Origin: Acidobacteriota bacterium
GTDB taxonomy: Bacteria > Acidobacteriota > Blastocatellia > Pyrinomonadales > Pyrinomonadaceae
Length of the DNA: 64,000 bases
Direction of reading: 5' to 3'
Assembly: GCA_031415455.1 (NCBI GenBank)
Contig: JANORS010000005.1
Coordinates: forward strand, 134,123 to 198,122
A program made the position numbers and the translations under genes. The notes beneath the pieces were generated by a model. It was not told the DNA's origin, searched no databases, and saw only the letters and a program-made list of their open reading frames with translations. Of this stretch, positions 50,465 through 59,494 are shown in pieces; within the stretch, counting starts at the first letter, position 1; every line of letters begins with the position of its first letter.

Positions 50465-50941
50465 ATGAAAAATTTTTTATTAGTTCTTAGTATTGCCGCA
50501 ACGTTAGCGTTTTCGGCTTGTAAAGGCACACCAAGTGATGCTGATTTGATAAAAGCAGCAACTGAGAAAGTTGCGAATCCTGCTGTAACAGTCATGGTAA
50601 AAGATGGCGTTGCAACATTGAAAGGCGAACTTGCTGATCAACCAGCTGTTGACAAAGCGAAAGCTGCGGCAATGGTTGAAGGTGTAAAATCAGTTGTAGT
50701 TACAGATTTAAAAGTTAAACCAACACCAGCACCAATCGTTGCTGCAACAAATCCAATGTTGAAAAGCGACATCGAAAAAGCATTAGTAGCTAAAGGCTTC
50801 AAAGATGTAACAGTTGATGTAACAACAACACCTGCAACTCTTCGTGGTTCAGTTGCTAAAGGCAAATTGGCTGAAGTTGTTCAAGCTGCACAAGCTGCCA
50901 ATGGCGGCAAACCGGTTAAAAATGAAGTTACCGAAAAATAA
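50465..50941 (+). CDS. Lipoprotein with two BON domains (OsmY-like)
   Basis: GGAGG SD, lipobox LAFSAC, two V.V.V..G.ATL.G segments. Confidence 0.75.
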   Translation: MKNFLLVLSIAATLAFSACKGTPSDADLIKAATEKVANPAVTVMVKDGVATLKGELADQPAVDKAKAAAMVEGVKSVVVTDLKVKPTPAPIVAATNPMLKSDIEKALVAKGFKDVTVDVTTTPATLRGSVAKGKLAEVVQAAQAANGGKPVKNEVTEK

Positions 50942-50966
50942 TTCGGTTAATTTAGGAGATTTTAAA

Positions 50967-51338
50967 ATGTCATTAGTTGAAAAATATCAATCACTTATTG
51001 ATTTAGCAGGAACTCTTGGAGTTTCAGGATTAAATGTTACTGAAGGCGAAGGCTTTTTGAATATTAGCGGAGCAGCATCAAGTGCAGAAGCTAAACAAGC
51101 TCTTTGGGATCATTATGGACAAATCGATCCTGATTATCGCAGTGGCGATTTGGTTTTAGAAGTTTCCGCACCGGAAGCAGCTTCATCAACATACACTGTG
51201 CAATCAGGCGACAACTTGAGCAAAATCGGCAAGCAATATGGCGTAACTTGGCAACAAATTTTTGAAGCCAACCGCGATAAACTTAGCGATCCTGACAAAA
51301 TTCAAATTGGACAAGAACTTACAATTCCACAAGCGTAA
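50967..51338 (+). CDS. LysM peptidoglycan-binding domain protein
   Basis: AGGAG SD before ATG 50967. C-terminal LysM YTVQSGDNLSKIGKQYGVTWQQIFEAN...IQIGQELTIP. Confidence 0.75.
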   Translation: MSLVEKYQSLIDLAGTLGVSGLNVTEGEGFLNISGAASSAEAKQALWDHYGQIDPDYRSGDLVLEVSAPEAASSTYTVQSGDNLSKIGKQYGVTWQQIFEANRDKLSDPDKIQIGQELTIPQA

Positions 51339-51364
51339 GTTTGTAGTTAGTAAGAAAAATAATT

Positions 51365-51420
51365 AGACGCTTTGATTTTAGGCAAAATGCTTAAAGTCAG
51401 AGCGTCTGTTATTTTGATTT
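51365..51420 (+). terminator. Probable rho-independent terminator
   Basis: AGACGCTTTGA / TCAGAGCGTCT (10 of 11 bp) followed by a T-rich tract. Confidence 0.45.
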
Positions 51421-51447
51421 ATACTTATTTTTGGAGTTACAAGTTCT

Positions 51448-52311
51448 ATGCGTTACTTAATTACTACGTTTTTACTGTGTTTATTCACCATTTCGACAGG
51501 TTTCACACAATCTCGCGAACAATCAATTGAACAATTGATGTCATTTAAAGAACAAGTAAAAACAATCGAACAAAATATTCTTGCGGCTGATAAAACTGAT
51601 TTGGAAACTGCAAAATCACAAAACTTGAGTGTTTTTAGAATTTTGCCAAGAGAAACTTACGGAAATACTTGGTCTTCAATTCCCGGTGGTGGTGCTTATT
51701 ATTCATTTACAAAAAAAACTCACAGTTATAATGAAACACCGCAAATCGAATTACAGCAAAACAATCTTTCCGTTGGATTCGCTGGTGCCGATTACGGATT
51801 TATTAGTGATTTAGGAGAAATAACGCTTGAAACTGTCGATAAAGATTCAAATGCTGTTAAATTTTTGGTTGACTACAAACCACCAACGCTTGAGGCTTTT
51901 GCTAGAACTGAAAAAAATAATACAACAAATACTCAAAGCAACGGAGTAAATTATCAGCGAAGTATTCCAGCAATTATTGGACACACTTATGTTTTGCGTG
52001 CAATAAGCTATGAAAGAGCAGATGCATTAGTTGTGTTTACAATAAACCGAAAAGATTCTGATGGTAGTTTGATAATTTTCTGGAAACTAATTCAACAATT
52101 TGAAAAAACGATTTTACTTCGCCAAACTGACGAAGATTTGTCGCAAAAAATTGATAAAATCCTTCAAGAAAATAAATTTAATGACGTTACATATGAAGTA
52201 AATCAAGGAATAGTTGCTTTTAGCGGAAGTTTGCCTCGGCTGAATGAAGTTCTAAAACTGATTACTCCTGCGGGTCCGAGAGGATTTATATTAAAATATA
52301 GCGACAAATAA
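51448..52311 (+). CDS. Secreted hypothetical protein
   Basis: 287 aa with a signal peptide. No motif recognised. Confidence 0.45.
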   Translation: MRYLITTFLLCLFTISTGFTQSREQSIEQLMSFKEQVKTIEQNILAADKTDLETAKSQNLSVFRILPRETYGNTWSSIPGGGAYYSFTKKTHSYNETPQIELQQNNLSVGFAGADYGFISDLGEITLETVDKDSNAVKFLVDYKPPTLEAFARTEKNNTTNTQSNGVNYQRSIPAIIGHTYVLRAISYERADALVVFTINRKDSDGSLIIFWKLIQQFEKTILLRQTDEDLSQKIDKILQENKFNDVTYEVNQGIVAFSGSLPRLNEVLKLITPAGPRGFILKYSDK

Positions 52312-52315
52312 TAGA

Positions 52316-52702
52316 TTATTTTTTAGATTTTTTAGATTTTTCAATATTCTTAATCATCTTTCTGATTTCTTTCATTTCAGCAACTTCTAATGGCTTTGAA
52401 ATTAAGATATGCTGCACAAATTCGATAGAAGAACCGCGAAAAACAGTTTCGAGAAGTTTTGCAACCATATCTTTTTTTAAGTCCCAAGTGTTTGCAGAGG
52501 CTTTATAAATATGAGCTTTTTTCGAGGTTTCTCGCTCAACGAAACCTTTTTCACTCATAATCTGCATCGTTTTCAAGGTCGTTGTATAGACCGTTGGTTT
52601 TGCTTCACTAATTATTTCGTGAACTTCGCGAACAGTTGCAGTTTCACGTTCCCAAAGAATCGAAAGAATTGCTAATTCGGCAGTCGTTGGTTGAATATTC
52701 AT
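52316..52702 (-). CDS. BlaI/MecI/CopY-family transcriptional repressor
   Basis: 128 aa. Winged-helix N-terminus ELAILSILWERETATVREV..TTLKTMQIMSEKGFV. Confidence 0.8.
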   Translation of the reverse strand: MNIQPTTAELAILSILWERETATVREVHEIISEAKPTVYTTTLKTMQIMSEKGFVERETSKKAHIYKASANTWDLKKDMVAKLLETVFRGSSIEFVQHILISKPLEVAEMKEIRKMIKNIEKSKKSKK

Positions 52703-52791
52703 TAGAAAATAATTTATACGACAATCTTCGTATGTGTCAAGAACTAATTTCTAGTTCGTAATAAGCGTTTAAATTTGTTACATTTTTGTTT

Positions 52792-54354
52792 ATGTCGTTG
52801 GAAACTGATTTCATCGTTATTGGAAGCGGAATCGCTGGGTTACGTGCATCAATTGAACTCGCAAGTTCGGGTGCGAAAGTTACTGTTTTGACCAAAGACA
52901 AAGCAAGCGAGTCGAACACAGAATATGCTCAAGGCGGCGTTGCGGTCGTGCTTTCAGACGACGACAAAGCATCGCTTCACGAAGAAGACACGCTAATTGC
53001 CGGTGCCGGACTTTGCGATGTCGAAGCCGTAAATACGCTTGTTACTGAAGGCACAATTTATATTCAACAACTTATTGATTGGGGAACAGAATTCGACCGC
53101 GAAAGTGGAAGGTTGGTTTTCACACAAGAAGCTGCTCATTCGCGACGCCGAATTCTACACGCACACGGCGATTCCACGGGAAAAGAAATCGTTCGAGCTT
53201 TGATTTCGCGTGCGAGACAAGAAAAATCAATCGTTTTGATGCCTTTTGCGAATACTGAAAGTTTAATTGTCTTAGATGGAAGATGCGTCGGAGTTCGTTT
53301 TCTTGACCCAATTCTGAAATCGCCGCGAGAAATTTATGCAAAAGCCGTGATTTTATGCACAGGTGGAGCCGGACAATTGTATCAACACACGACAAATCCG
53401 CCCGTTGCGACAGGTGATGGAATGGCGATGGCATATTTTGCTGGTGCGGAAATGGCTGATATGGAATTCGTGCAATTTCATCCAACTGCGTTAAATCTTG
53501 AAAAAGCACCGAGATTTTTGTTGAGCGAAGCAATGCGTGGCGAAGGCGGAATTTTGCGAAATGCACAAGGCGAAAGATTTATGTCGCGTTATGATGAAAG
53601 GCTCGAACTCGCTCCGCGAGATATTGTTTCGAGATCAATTGTTTCTGAAATGCGTCGCACCGGAACTCGAACTGCTTATCTTGATATGACTGCTTTGGAT
53701 GAAGAATTTCTCAAACATCGTTTTCCAAAAATTTACGAAGTTTGCAAAAGTTATAACTTAAATATCGCTAAAGATATGCTTCCGGTTTCGCCAGCGTCGC
53801 ATTATTGCATGGGCGGAATTCGTTCAGACTTAAACGGAAGATCAACTCTTGCAGGACTTTACGCGGCAGGCGAGGTTACTTGCACTGGAGTTCACGGAGC
53901 AAACCGTTTAGCATCAAATTCTCTGCTCGAAGGTTTGGTTTTTGGTGCGAGAGCCGGAAAAGCGGCAATTTCAGATTGTGCAAAATTTGAAGTAAAAACT
54001 TTAAAATCAGAGGTCACAAACATCCAAAATGTGAATACTGACGAAATAAATGTTGCGGTTAGAAAACGAGTCAAACGTGTAATGTGGGAGAGGGTTGGTA
54101 TTGCCCGCGACAGAAACTCTCTAAATCGTGCATTAACAGAGTTTAGACAAATAGAAAAAGCAAATTTAGGAACTTCTTCGCGTAATTTTGTGACACTTGC
54201 AAAACTGATTGCAAAATCTGCTTTGTGGCGTGAAGAATCTCGTGGCGGACATTTTCGTGATGATTTTCCGAATCGCAACGATGAACAATGGGACAAACAT
54301 TCGATTCAAAAACTTGGAAACGAGATTGGATCAAGTGAAAAAATAACTTTTTAA
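52792..54354 (+). CDS. nadB: L-aspartate oxidase
   Basis: FAD fold IVIGSGIAGL, AQGG, HPTAL, RGEGG and AAGEV..TGVHGANRLASNSLLE motifs. Confidence 0.9.
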   Translation: MSLETDFIVIGSGIAGLRASIELASSGAKVTVLTKDKASESNTEYAQGGVAVVLSDDDKASLHEEDTLIAGAGLCDVEAVNTLVTEGTIYIQQLIDWGTEFDRESGRLVFTQEAAHSRRRILHAHGDSTGKEIVRALISRARQEKSIVLMPFANTESLIVLDGRCVGVRFLDPILKSPREIYAKAVILCTGGAGQLYQHTTNPPVATGDGMAMAYFAGAEMADMEFVQFHPTALNLEKAPRFLLSEAMRGEGGILRNAQGERFMSRYDERLELAPRDIVSRSIVSEMRRTGTRTAYLDMTALDEEFLKHRFPKIYEVCKSYNLNIAKDMLPVSPASHYCMGGIRSDLNGRSTLAGLYAAGEVTCTGVHGANRLASNSLLEGLVFGARAGKAAISDCAKFEVKTLKSEVTNIQNVNTDEINVAVRKRVKRVMWERVGIARDRNSLNRALTEFRQIEKANLGTSSRNFVTLAKLIAKSALWREESRGGHFRDDFPNRNDEQWDKHSIQKLGNEIGSSEKITF

Positions 54355-54355
54355 T

Positions 54356-55060
54356 ATGGAAATAACGCCAGAACTTTCAATATTTTCGATTCTTGTAATC
54401 GGCTTTCTTTTAGGATTGCAACACGCGACTGAAGCAGATCATCTAGCAGCAGTTTCAACGATTGTGAGCGAAAAAAAGAACCTCTTTGCTTCGTCAATTA
54501 TCGGCGGAATGTGGGGAATTGGTCACACAATTTCGCTTTTTGTAGTCGGTTTGTTAGTAATATTTTTGAAACTTCAAATATCAGAGAGTCTTGAAGCAAA
54601 ACTCGAAGCCGGAGTTGGTATAATGCTTGTTTTGCTTGGTTTAAATGCTTTGAGAAAATTATTATTTACAAAAGATTTACACGTTCACAAACACGATCAC
54701 GCCGGACACGAACACCTGCATTTACACGATCACAGCAAAAATTCTGAAGAAAAATGGCATCATAATTTAAGTCCACGATCAGTAATTATCGGAATGATTC
54801 ATGGCTTGGCTGGAAGTGCAGCATTGATGCTTTTGGTTGTGCCAACAATAAAATCACCTTATTGGGCAGTTGCTTACATCCTGATTTTTGGACTTGGCTC
54901 AGTTGGCGGAATGATGCTGATGAGTTTTATTGTCGGTTTGCCATTTCATTTTACCGCAACAAATTTTGTAAGTTTGAACAAAATTATCAGATTTTCAGCG
55001 GCGATTTTTAGCTTTGGGCTCGGGCTTTATATTGTTTACGAAAAATTATTTGCAGTTTAA
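54356..55060 (+). CDS. NiCoT/UreH-like metal-transporter-type membrane protein with a His-rich loop
   Basis: About 6 TM helices. QHATEADHLAAV resembles the NiCoT HA.DADH signature. Loop HVHKHDHAGHEHLHLHDH. Confidence 0.5.
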   Translation: MEITPELSIFSILVIGFLLGLQHATEADHLAAVSTIVSEKKNLFASSIIGGMWGIGHTISLFVVGLLVIFLKLQISESLEAKLEAGVGIMLVLLGLNALRKLLFTKDLHVHKHDHAGHEHLHLHDHSKNSEEKWHHNLSPRSVIIGMIHGLAGSAALMLLVVPTIKSPYWAVAYILIFGLGSVGGMMLMSFIVGLPFHFTATNFVSLNKIIRFSAAIFSFGLGLYIVYEKLFAV

Positions 55061-55063
55061 TAA

Positions 55064-55687
55064 TCAACTACCAATTTGCCAGGTTTTTATAGATTTAAGC
55101 GGATAAAGCAACATAATAATATTCACGATTAAACTATCGCGAATCCAAAAAAGTAAGATAATTTCAGTTACCAAAAAGAAAGCTAAAGACCACCACAATT
55201 TCAATTTGTAGGCAATATAAAAACCAACTCCGCAACTAAAAATATCGCTCAGTGCGTTTGCAATCGAATCTCCGGTGTAATCTAAAGAGATTGTTTCCGC
55301 ACGGTATCTTTCGATTATATACTTTGAATTTTCTAGAATTTCCCAACTACAAGCAATAACTATTGCAAGAGTAAATTGCCAAATCAACGGCATTTTCTTA
55401 AAGACTAAAGTAATCAACCAAAAGTATAAAACGCCGTGAAGAATGTGCGTAAATGTATATGGATCAAAGAGATGTTGCGAGTTGTGTCGCGTCCAAATAT
55501 CGCTCGACCAAGGTGTAAAAGAATCGTTTGCACACCACCAAATTCTTCCTTGCGATTGAAGAATTAATGCCGTTGCGATAAATGCAAAAATAACTGTTGA
55601 GATTGGGTTTATATTTTTTGCGTTAAAAACTTCTTTCATATTGGCAAATTGTAACCTAAAAACAAAAAGTCGCGAACTTTCGTCCAC
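55064..55687 (-). CDS. DUF2585/UPF0314-family membrane protein
   Basis: FTHILHG and WEILENSKYIIERYRAETISLDYTGDSI match my recollection of UPF0314 proteins. Confidence 0.65.
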   Translation of the reverse strand: MDESSRLFVFRLQFANMKEVFNAKNINPISTVIFAFIATALILQSQGRIWWCANDSFTPWSSDIWTRHNSQHLFDPYTFTHILHGVLYFWLITLVFKKMPLIWQFTLAIVIACSWEILENSKYIIERYRAETISLDYTGDSIANALSDIFSCGVGFYIAYKLKLWWSLAFFLVTEIILLFWIRDSLIVNIIMLLYPLKSIKTWQIGS

Positions 55688-55721
55688 GACTTTTGGTTAC
55701 TTATTTTGATTTTATAAGAGT

Positions 55722-57848
55722 CTAGTTTGCAACTGCCGGCAGATCACCTAGTCTTCCGAAAGGAACTGCAACGAAACTCGAATCTGAACTTCGTAAATAG
55801 TACCAAACTCCGTCGCTTGGTCTCCATACAGCTATATCCGTTTGATTGTCGCCATCATAGTTTCCAGCGACAGGAACATCGCCATTTCTACCAAACGCAA
55901 CACCGTAAAATGAACCGTTAGAGCTTCTGAGAACATACCAAATTCCAGTTGATGGTCGGAAAACAGTAAAATCAGCTTTGTTATCACCATCGAAATCGCC
56001 TGAGATTGCAATATCGTCTTGTGTTCCGAATTGGGCTGCAAAGAAACCACCATCCGAACTTCGAAGACCATACCAAATTCCAGTTGATGGTCGGAATACA
56101 ACTACATCGTCGCGTCCATCGCCATCGAAATCAGCCGCAACCGGTCTGTCTGTCGCAATGCCGAATGGAACGACGGTCAATCCATTGTCCGAACTCCGCG
56201 AGATATACCAAATACCGCTTCGATAAACTGCCAGATCTTTACGACCGTCGCCATCGAAATCGCCATTTACAGGTGCGTCTGAGGCTAGCCCGAATTGCTG
56301 AATTGTTTTTCCGCTATCAGAACTTCTCACAATCTCCCAAACTCCCAATCCACCTACATTTCTGTAAACTGCACTGTCAGTTTTTCCATCGCCATCGTAG
56401 TCGCCGGAGACCAATTTGTCGCCTGCTCCACCGATTATGGTTGTGGTGAATGCACCAGTTACGCTGCTTTGACTATACCAAGTTCCTGTCGAAGGACGGA
56501 AAACGCTAAAGTCATTTGATCCATCACCATCGAAATCTCCGCCATTATTATGTGACGTAAGTCTTCCGGCAATTTCACCGTTTGGATTATTGACGCTTGA
56601 AATGGTTGCAATCCACAAACCCGAACGGAGTGAATTTACTTGACTTGCAGTAACCGGAATTGTCGCAGTTGCGAAGTTGCCGTTTGTTCCACCGATTGTA
56701 CCGAGATCGCGAATCAAAGTTGTAGTTCCACCAACTGTTACTTCAATTTTTGCCGAAGTTTGGTTGCTCGAAAGTCTGTGAAACTCACCAGAAATTGTCG
56801 CTTGTGTTTCGTCTGAATTCAACAAAATCTTAACTTCACCATCTGCAATTGATGTTACTGGTGGTGTTACTTGCGATCCGCTCAAATGTGTTTCGAAATA
56901 TCGTCCTTGTCCAGTTGGAGTTGGCGATGGTGATGGCGAAGTTCCATTTCGGAATGTTCCGGAAAGGATCGTCGCACCTGCATTTTTTACTTGCAATGTC
57001 ATTCCATCTGTTATGACCGGAACGTTAGCACCTTGATCAGACCGAAGTCTTAAACGTGTTTCTCCACCGGAAATCGCAGATTGTCCAACTTGAGTATTTC
57101 CAACAAAAAATTGGACAGCTGTTCCGCTTGGAAGGTTGATCTGACGTAAGTTGACTTCCAATTCAGTGCGGCTGCTATGAATTTCGTAGGCTCCAACTCC
57201 TCTCGGAACTACGCCGTTAATCGTTGCACCTGTCAAAATCGCAGTGATGTCGTTGTCGTCACCTGGCGAAGGTGATGGTGATGGCGAAGCGGTTGGGCTT
57301 GGTGACGCTGTTGGGCTTGCTGTTGGCGATGCTGAAGGCGATGCCGTTGGACTCGCTGTTGGCGATGCTGTTGGAGTTGGAGTTCCAATTGGTCCGTCAA
57401 AAACACCCGCAACCAAGGTCGTTGATCCGGCTCTCATTTGAGCAGTTGAACCTGCATTTACAGTTGGAACTATATCGCCAAACTCAGTTTTCAACTTAAT
57501 CTGTGCTCTTTGATCCAACAACGGTGCTTGACCTACTTGATTTCCGTCTACAAAGCCTGTAACGATTGTTCCGTCAGGCATATTTACGTCTTCAACCTCA
57601 AGCTCGAGTTCTCGCTTGTTCGTCGAATATACTTCGTATGTTCCAACACCGTGCGGGTTTACAGTTCCGGTCGGCGAAACAAGATTTGCTGTGCGAACGA
57701 GAATCGGTATGTCGCCCGCGAGTTCATCATTTGCACTTGTTATCATCGCAATCGGCATGATTGACAAAATCACAGCTGATATTGCCAAGAGCATGCCATT
57801 AAAAAATTTATTGTTTTTTTGCTTTTCGTTTTTCATATACGGTGCCAT
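55722..57848 (-). CDS. Secreted protein: duplicated N-terminal ~130-aa domain, Pro/Thr/Ala/Ser linker, CHRD-like domain, six FG-GAP/VCBS-like repeats
   Basis: 708 aa. Internal duplication GVGTYEVYS...VDGNQVGQ versus GVGAYEIHS...VGNTQVGQ. CHRD-like HLSGSQVTPPV. C-terminal 6x DFDGDG..D.AV[FY]R. Confidence 0.7.
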   Translation of the reverse strand: MAPYMKNEKQKNNKFFNGMLLAISAVILSIMPIAMITSANDELAGDIPILVRTANLVSPTGTVNPHGVGTYEVYSTNKRELELEVEDVNMPDGTIVTGFVDGNQVGQAPLLDQRAQIKLKTEFGDIVPTVNAGSTAQMRAGSTTLVAGVFDGPIGTPTPTASPTASPTASPSASPTASPTASPSPTASPSPSPSPGDDNDITAILTGATINGVVPRGVGAYEIHSSRTELEVNLRQINLPSGTAVQFFVGNTQVGQSAISGGETRLRLRSDQGANVPVITDGMTLQVKNAGATILSGTFRNGTSPSPSPTPTGQGRYFETHLSGSQVTPPVTSIADGEVKILLNSDETQATISGEFHRLSSNQTSAKIEVTVGGTTTLIRDLGTIGGTNGNFATATIPVTASQVNSLRSGLWIATISSVNNPNGEIAGRLTSHNNGGDFDGDGSNDFSVFRPSTGTWYSQSSVTGAFTTTIIGGAGDKLVSGDYDGDGKTDSAVYRNVGGLGVWEIVRSSDSGKTIQQFGLASDAPVNGDFDGDGRKDLAVYRSGIWYISRSSDNGLTVVPFGIATDRPVAADFDGDGRDDVVVFRPSTGIWYGLRSSDGGFFAAQFGTQDDIAISGDFDGDNKADFTVFRPSTGIWYVLRSSNGSFYGVAFGRNGDVPVAGNYDGDNQTDIAVWRPSDGVWYYLRSSDSSFVAVPFGRLGDLPAVAN
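57262..57385 (-). repeat. Low-complexity coding repeat (PTASPTASPTASPSASPTASPTASPSPTASPSPSPSP)
   Basis: Imperfect tandem 12-15-nt units are visible on the plus strand as GGCGATGCTGTTGG-type repeats. Confidence 0.6.
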
Positions 57849-57972
57849 TCCTAGAATTTAGTTTTTCTTTATAAATCGCTTTCACGATTTGATTATTTGT
57901 GTCGCACGAATTGCGGCTTTCAATAACACAGTGCAGAAAATTAGTGAAAAAGACATTATTTCAAAAAAATTC

Positions 57973-58003
57973 AAAAAAAAGAGCCAGCTGTTTAAGCTGA
58001 CTC
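57973..58003 (-). terminator. Rho-independent terminator after the S8 peptidase gene
   Basis: Minus strand GAGTCAGCT-taaac-AGCTGGCTC (9 bp including one G-U pair) followed by T8. Confidence 0.6.
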
Positions 58004-58031
58004 GAGCCGAGGAGGCATTTTGTAATTAAAT

Positions 58032-59375
58032 TTAAGGTTGAATCGCGATATTTGTTCCTGTGCAAAAAAGATTATTATCAACTGCACATTTAGCATCAAC
58101 CTTTTGATTTTTGATTCTCCCGCGAATCGGGTCATTATAATCAAGTCTAATACCTGTTTCTTTCAATTGATCGAGTACAGCCTGAGGCGTAAGTGCTGGA
58201 AATTTCGCCTTAATTAAAGCTGCAATTCCAGTAGAAATTGGAGCTGCCATTGAAGTTCCGCTCCAACTTCCATACCTTCCGCCGGGCAAGGCACTAACAA
58301 TATCTTCTCCAGGAGCAAGTGCTTCAATCCAGTCTGAACCACCACCATCAGTATTGAAGCTCGAAAAAGTAGAAAGTCTATTCAAACGATTGCTGGCTCC
58401 AACCCCAATTGACGCATTCAAGTCTTCACCTGCTGGATAAACTCTATTGGTATTTGCCCCGTTTCCACCAGCAATTACAGCGGCAATCCGCCTATTTCCA
58501 ATTTCTGGGAAACCAGGCAACCCATCACATGCGGAATCCAAAACTCGTTTCAAAATTTTAGACTCTTGAGGATAACCAAAACTCAAATTGACAATATCTG
58601 CACCTTGATTAGCAGCGTAAATAAGAGCCGCAGTAATTCGCCAGCTTTCACCTTCTCCATTTGAATTCAAAATCCGAATAGGGATTATTTTCGCTTCAGG
58701 TGCAACCAACGCGACAATTCCAGAAACGTGTGTTCCATGTCCATAAGCTCCTTGACGGAAAAAACCAACTTCGCTCGGATCATTGTCGTTATCAACAAAA
58801 TCAAATCCAGGCAATAATTTTCCCGCAAATGCCGGATGAGTTGGGTCTATTCCAGTATCTAAAACCGCAATCTTCACAGGCTGATTGTTGTCGCTTCGAG
58901 TTCCTCTTGTAACCCGATGTGCTTCGGCAAGTCTAATATTATTTGTAAACCAATTTTTGGCATAACCTTTAGAACTTCCACCTACACTCCAAGAAACTCC
59001 AACACTCCAAGAAACCCCAACGCTCCAGGAAACTCCAAGTGTTTCAGGATAAATCATGCACCAATTTGGCTCGACAAAAGTTACACGTAAATCTCCACCA
59101 ATTGCTGTAACAATTTGCATTGGTGTGTTGCCGTTTGTAATTTGCAGAAGATAAATTGGTGGAGTTCCAACCCGTCCGAGAGGTGTCGGATTAAGCCCGT
59201 ATTGAGTTGCAATAGTTGGTAAATCTGTGGCGTTGACCAAACCAATCACTACTTGATTTGGGACAAAACAGTCGCTATTTCCACCTTGTGCAAATGTTGT
59301 ATTTTCAAAAATAAACGCAAATAAAACAAAGGCAAACAATTGCAACAATAACGTTTTAAACCACTTTTTATTCAT
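58032..59375 (-). CDS. Secreted S8 (subtilisin-family) serine peptidase
   Basis: Triad motifs AVLDTGID, HGTHVSG, SGTSMAAP. ATG 59375 gives a signal peptide (MNKKWFKTLLLQLFAFVLFAF). Confidence 0.85.
   Translation of the reverse strand: MNKKWFKTLLLQLFAFVLFAFIFENTTFAQGGNSDCFVPNQVVIGLVNATDLPTIATQYGLNPTPLGRVGTPPIYLLQITNGNTPMQIVTAIGGDLRVTFVEPNWCMIYPETLGVSWSVGVSWSVGVSWSVGGSSKGYAKNWFTNNIRLAEAHRVTRGTRSDNNQPVKIAVLDTGIDPTHPAFAGKLLPGFDFVDNDNDPSEVGFFRQGAYGHGTHVSGIVALVAPEAKIIPIRILNSNGEGESWRITAALIYAANQGADIVNLSFGYPQESKILKRVLDSACDGLPGFPEIGNRRIAAVIAGGNGANTNRVYPAGEDLNASIGVGASNRLNRLSTFSSFNTDGGGSDWIEALAPGEDIVSALPGGRYGSWSGTSMAAPISTGIAALIKAKFPALTPQAVLDQLKETGIRLDYNDPIRGRIKNQKVDAKCAVDNNLFCTGTNIAIQP
58983..59036 (-). 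repeat. Perfectly in-frame 18-bp tandem repeat x3 encoding (GVSWSV)3
   Basis: Units 58983-59000, 59001-59018 and 59019-59036 differ at 2-4 synonymous or near-synonymous positions. Confidence 0.85.
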
Positions 59376-59494
59376 AAAAAACCTCGAAATAAACAAATTC
59401 TTTATTCCATTCCACATGCACAGTGTTCCGATTTTAACAGAAAAGACAATTAAAAATAAAAAGTTTTGAAAAATGAAAAATTATTTGCTTAGTT

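Noticed and set aside
53120-54334. Antisense ORFs of 148, 134 and 63 aa within nadB.
   Set aside because: nadB is unambiguous on the plus strand, so these are shadow ORFs.
58983-59036. Tandem repeats here and the periodic ~135-nt repeats in 17662-18471, 38510-39345 and 55725-56545, considered as possible CRISPR arrays.
   Set aside because: All are in-frame coding repeats inside long ORFs with no spacer/repeat alternation of CRISPR type. No cas genes are present in the window.
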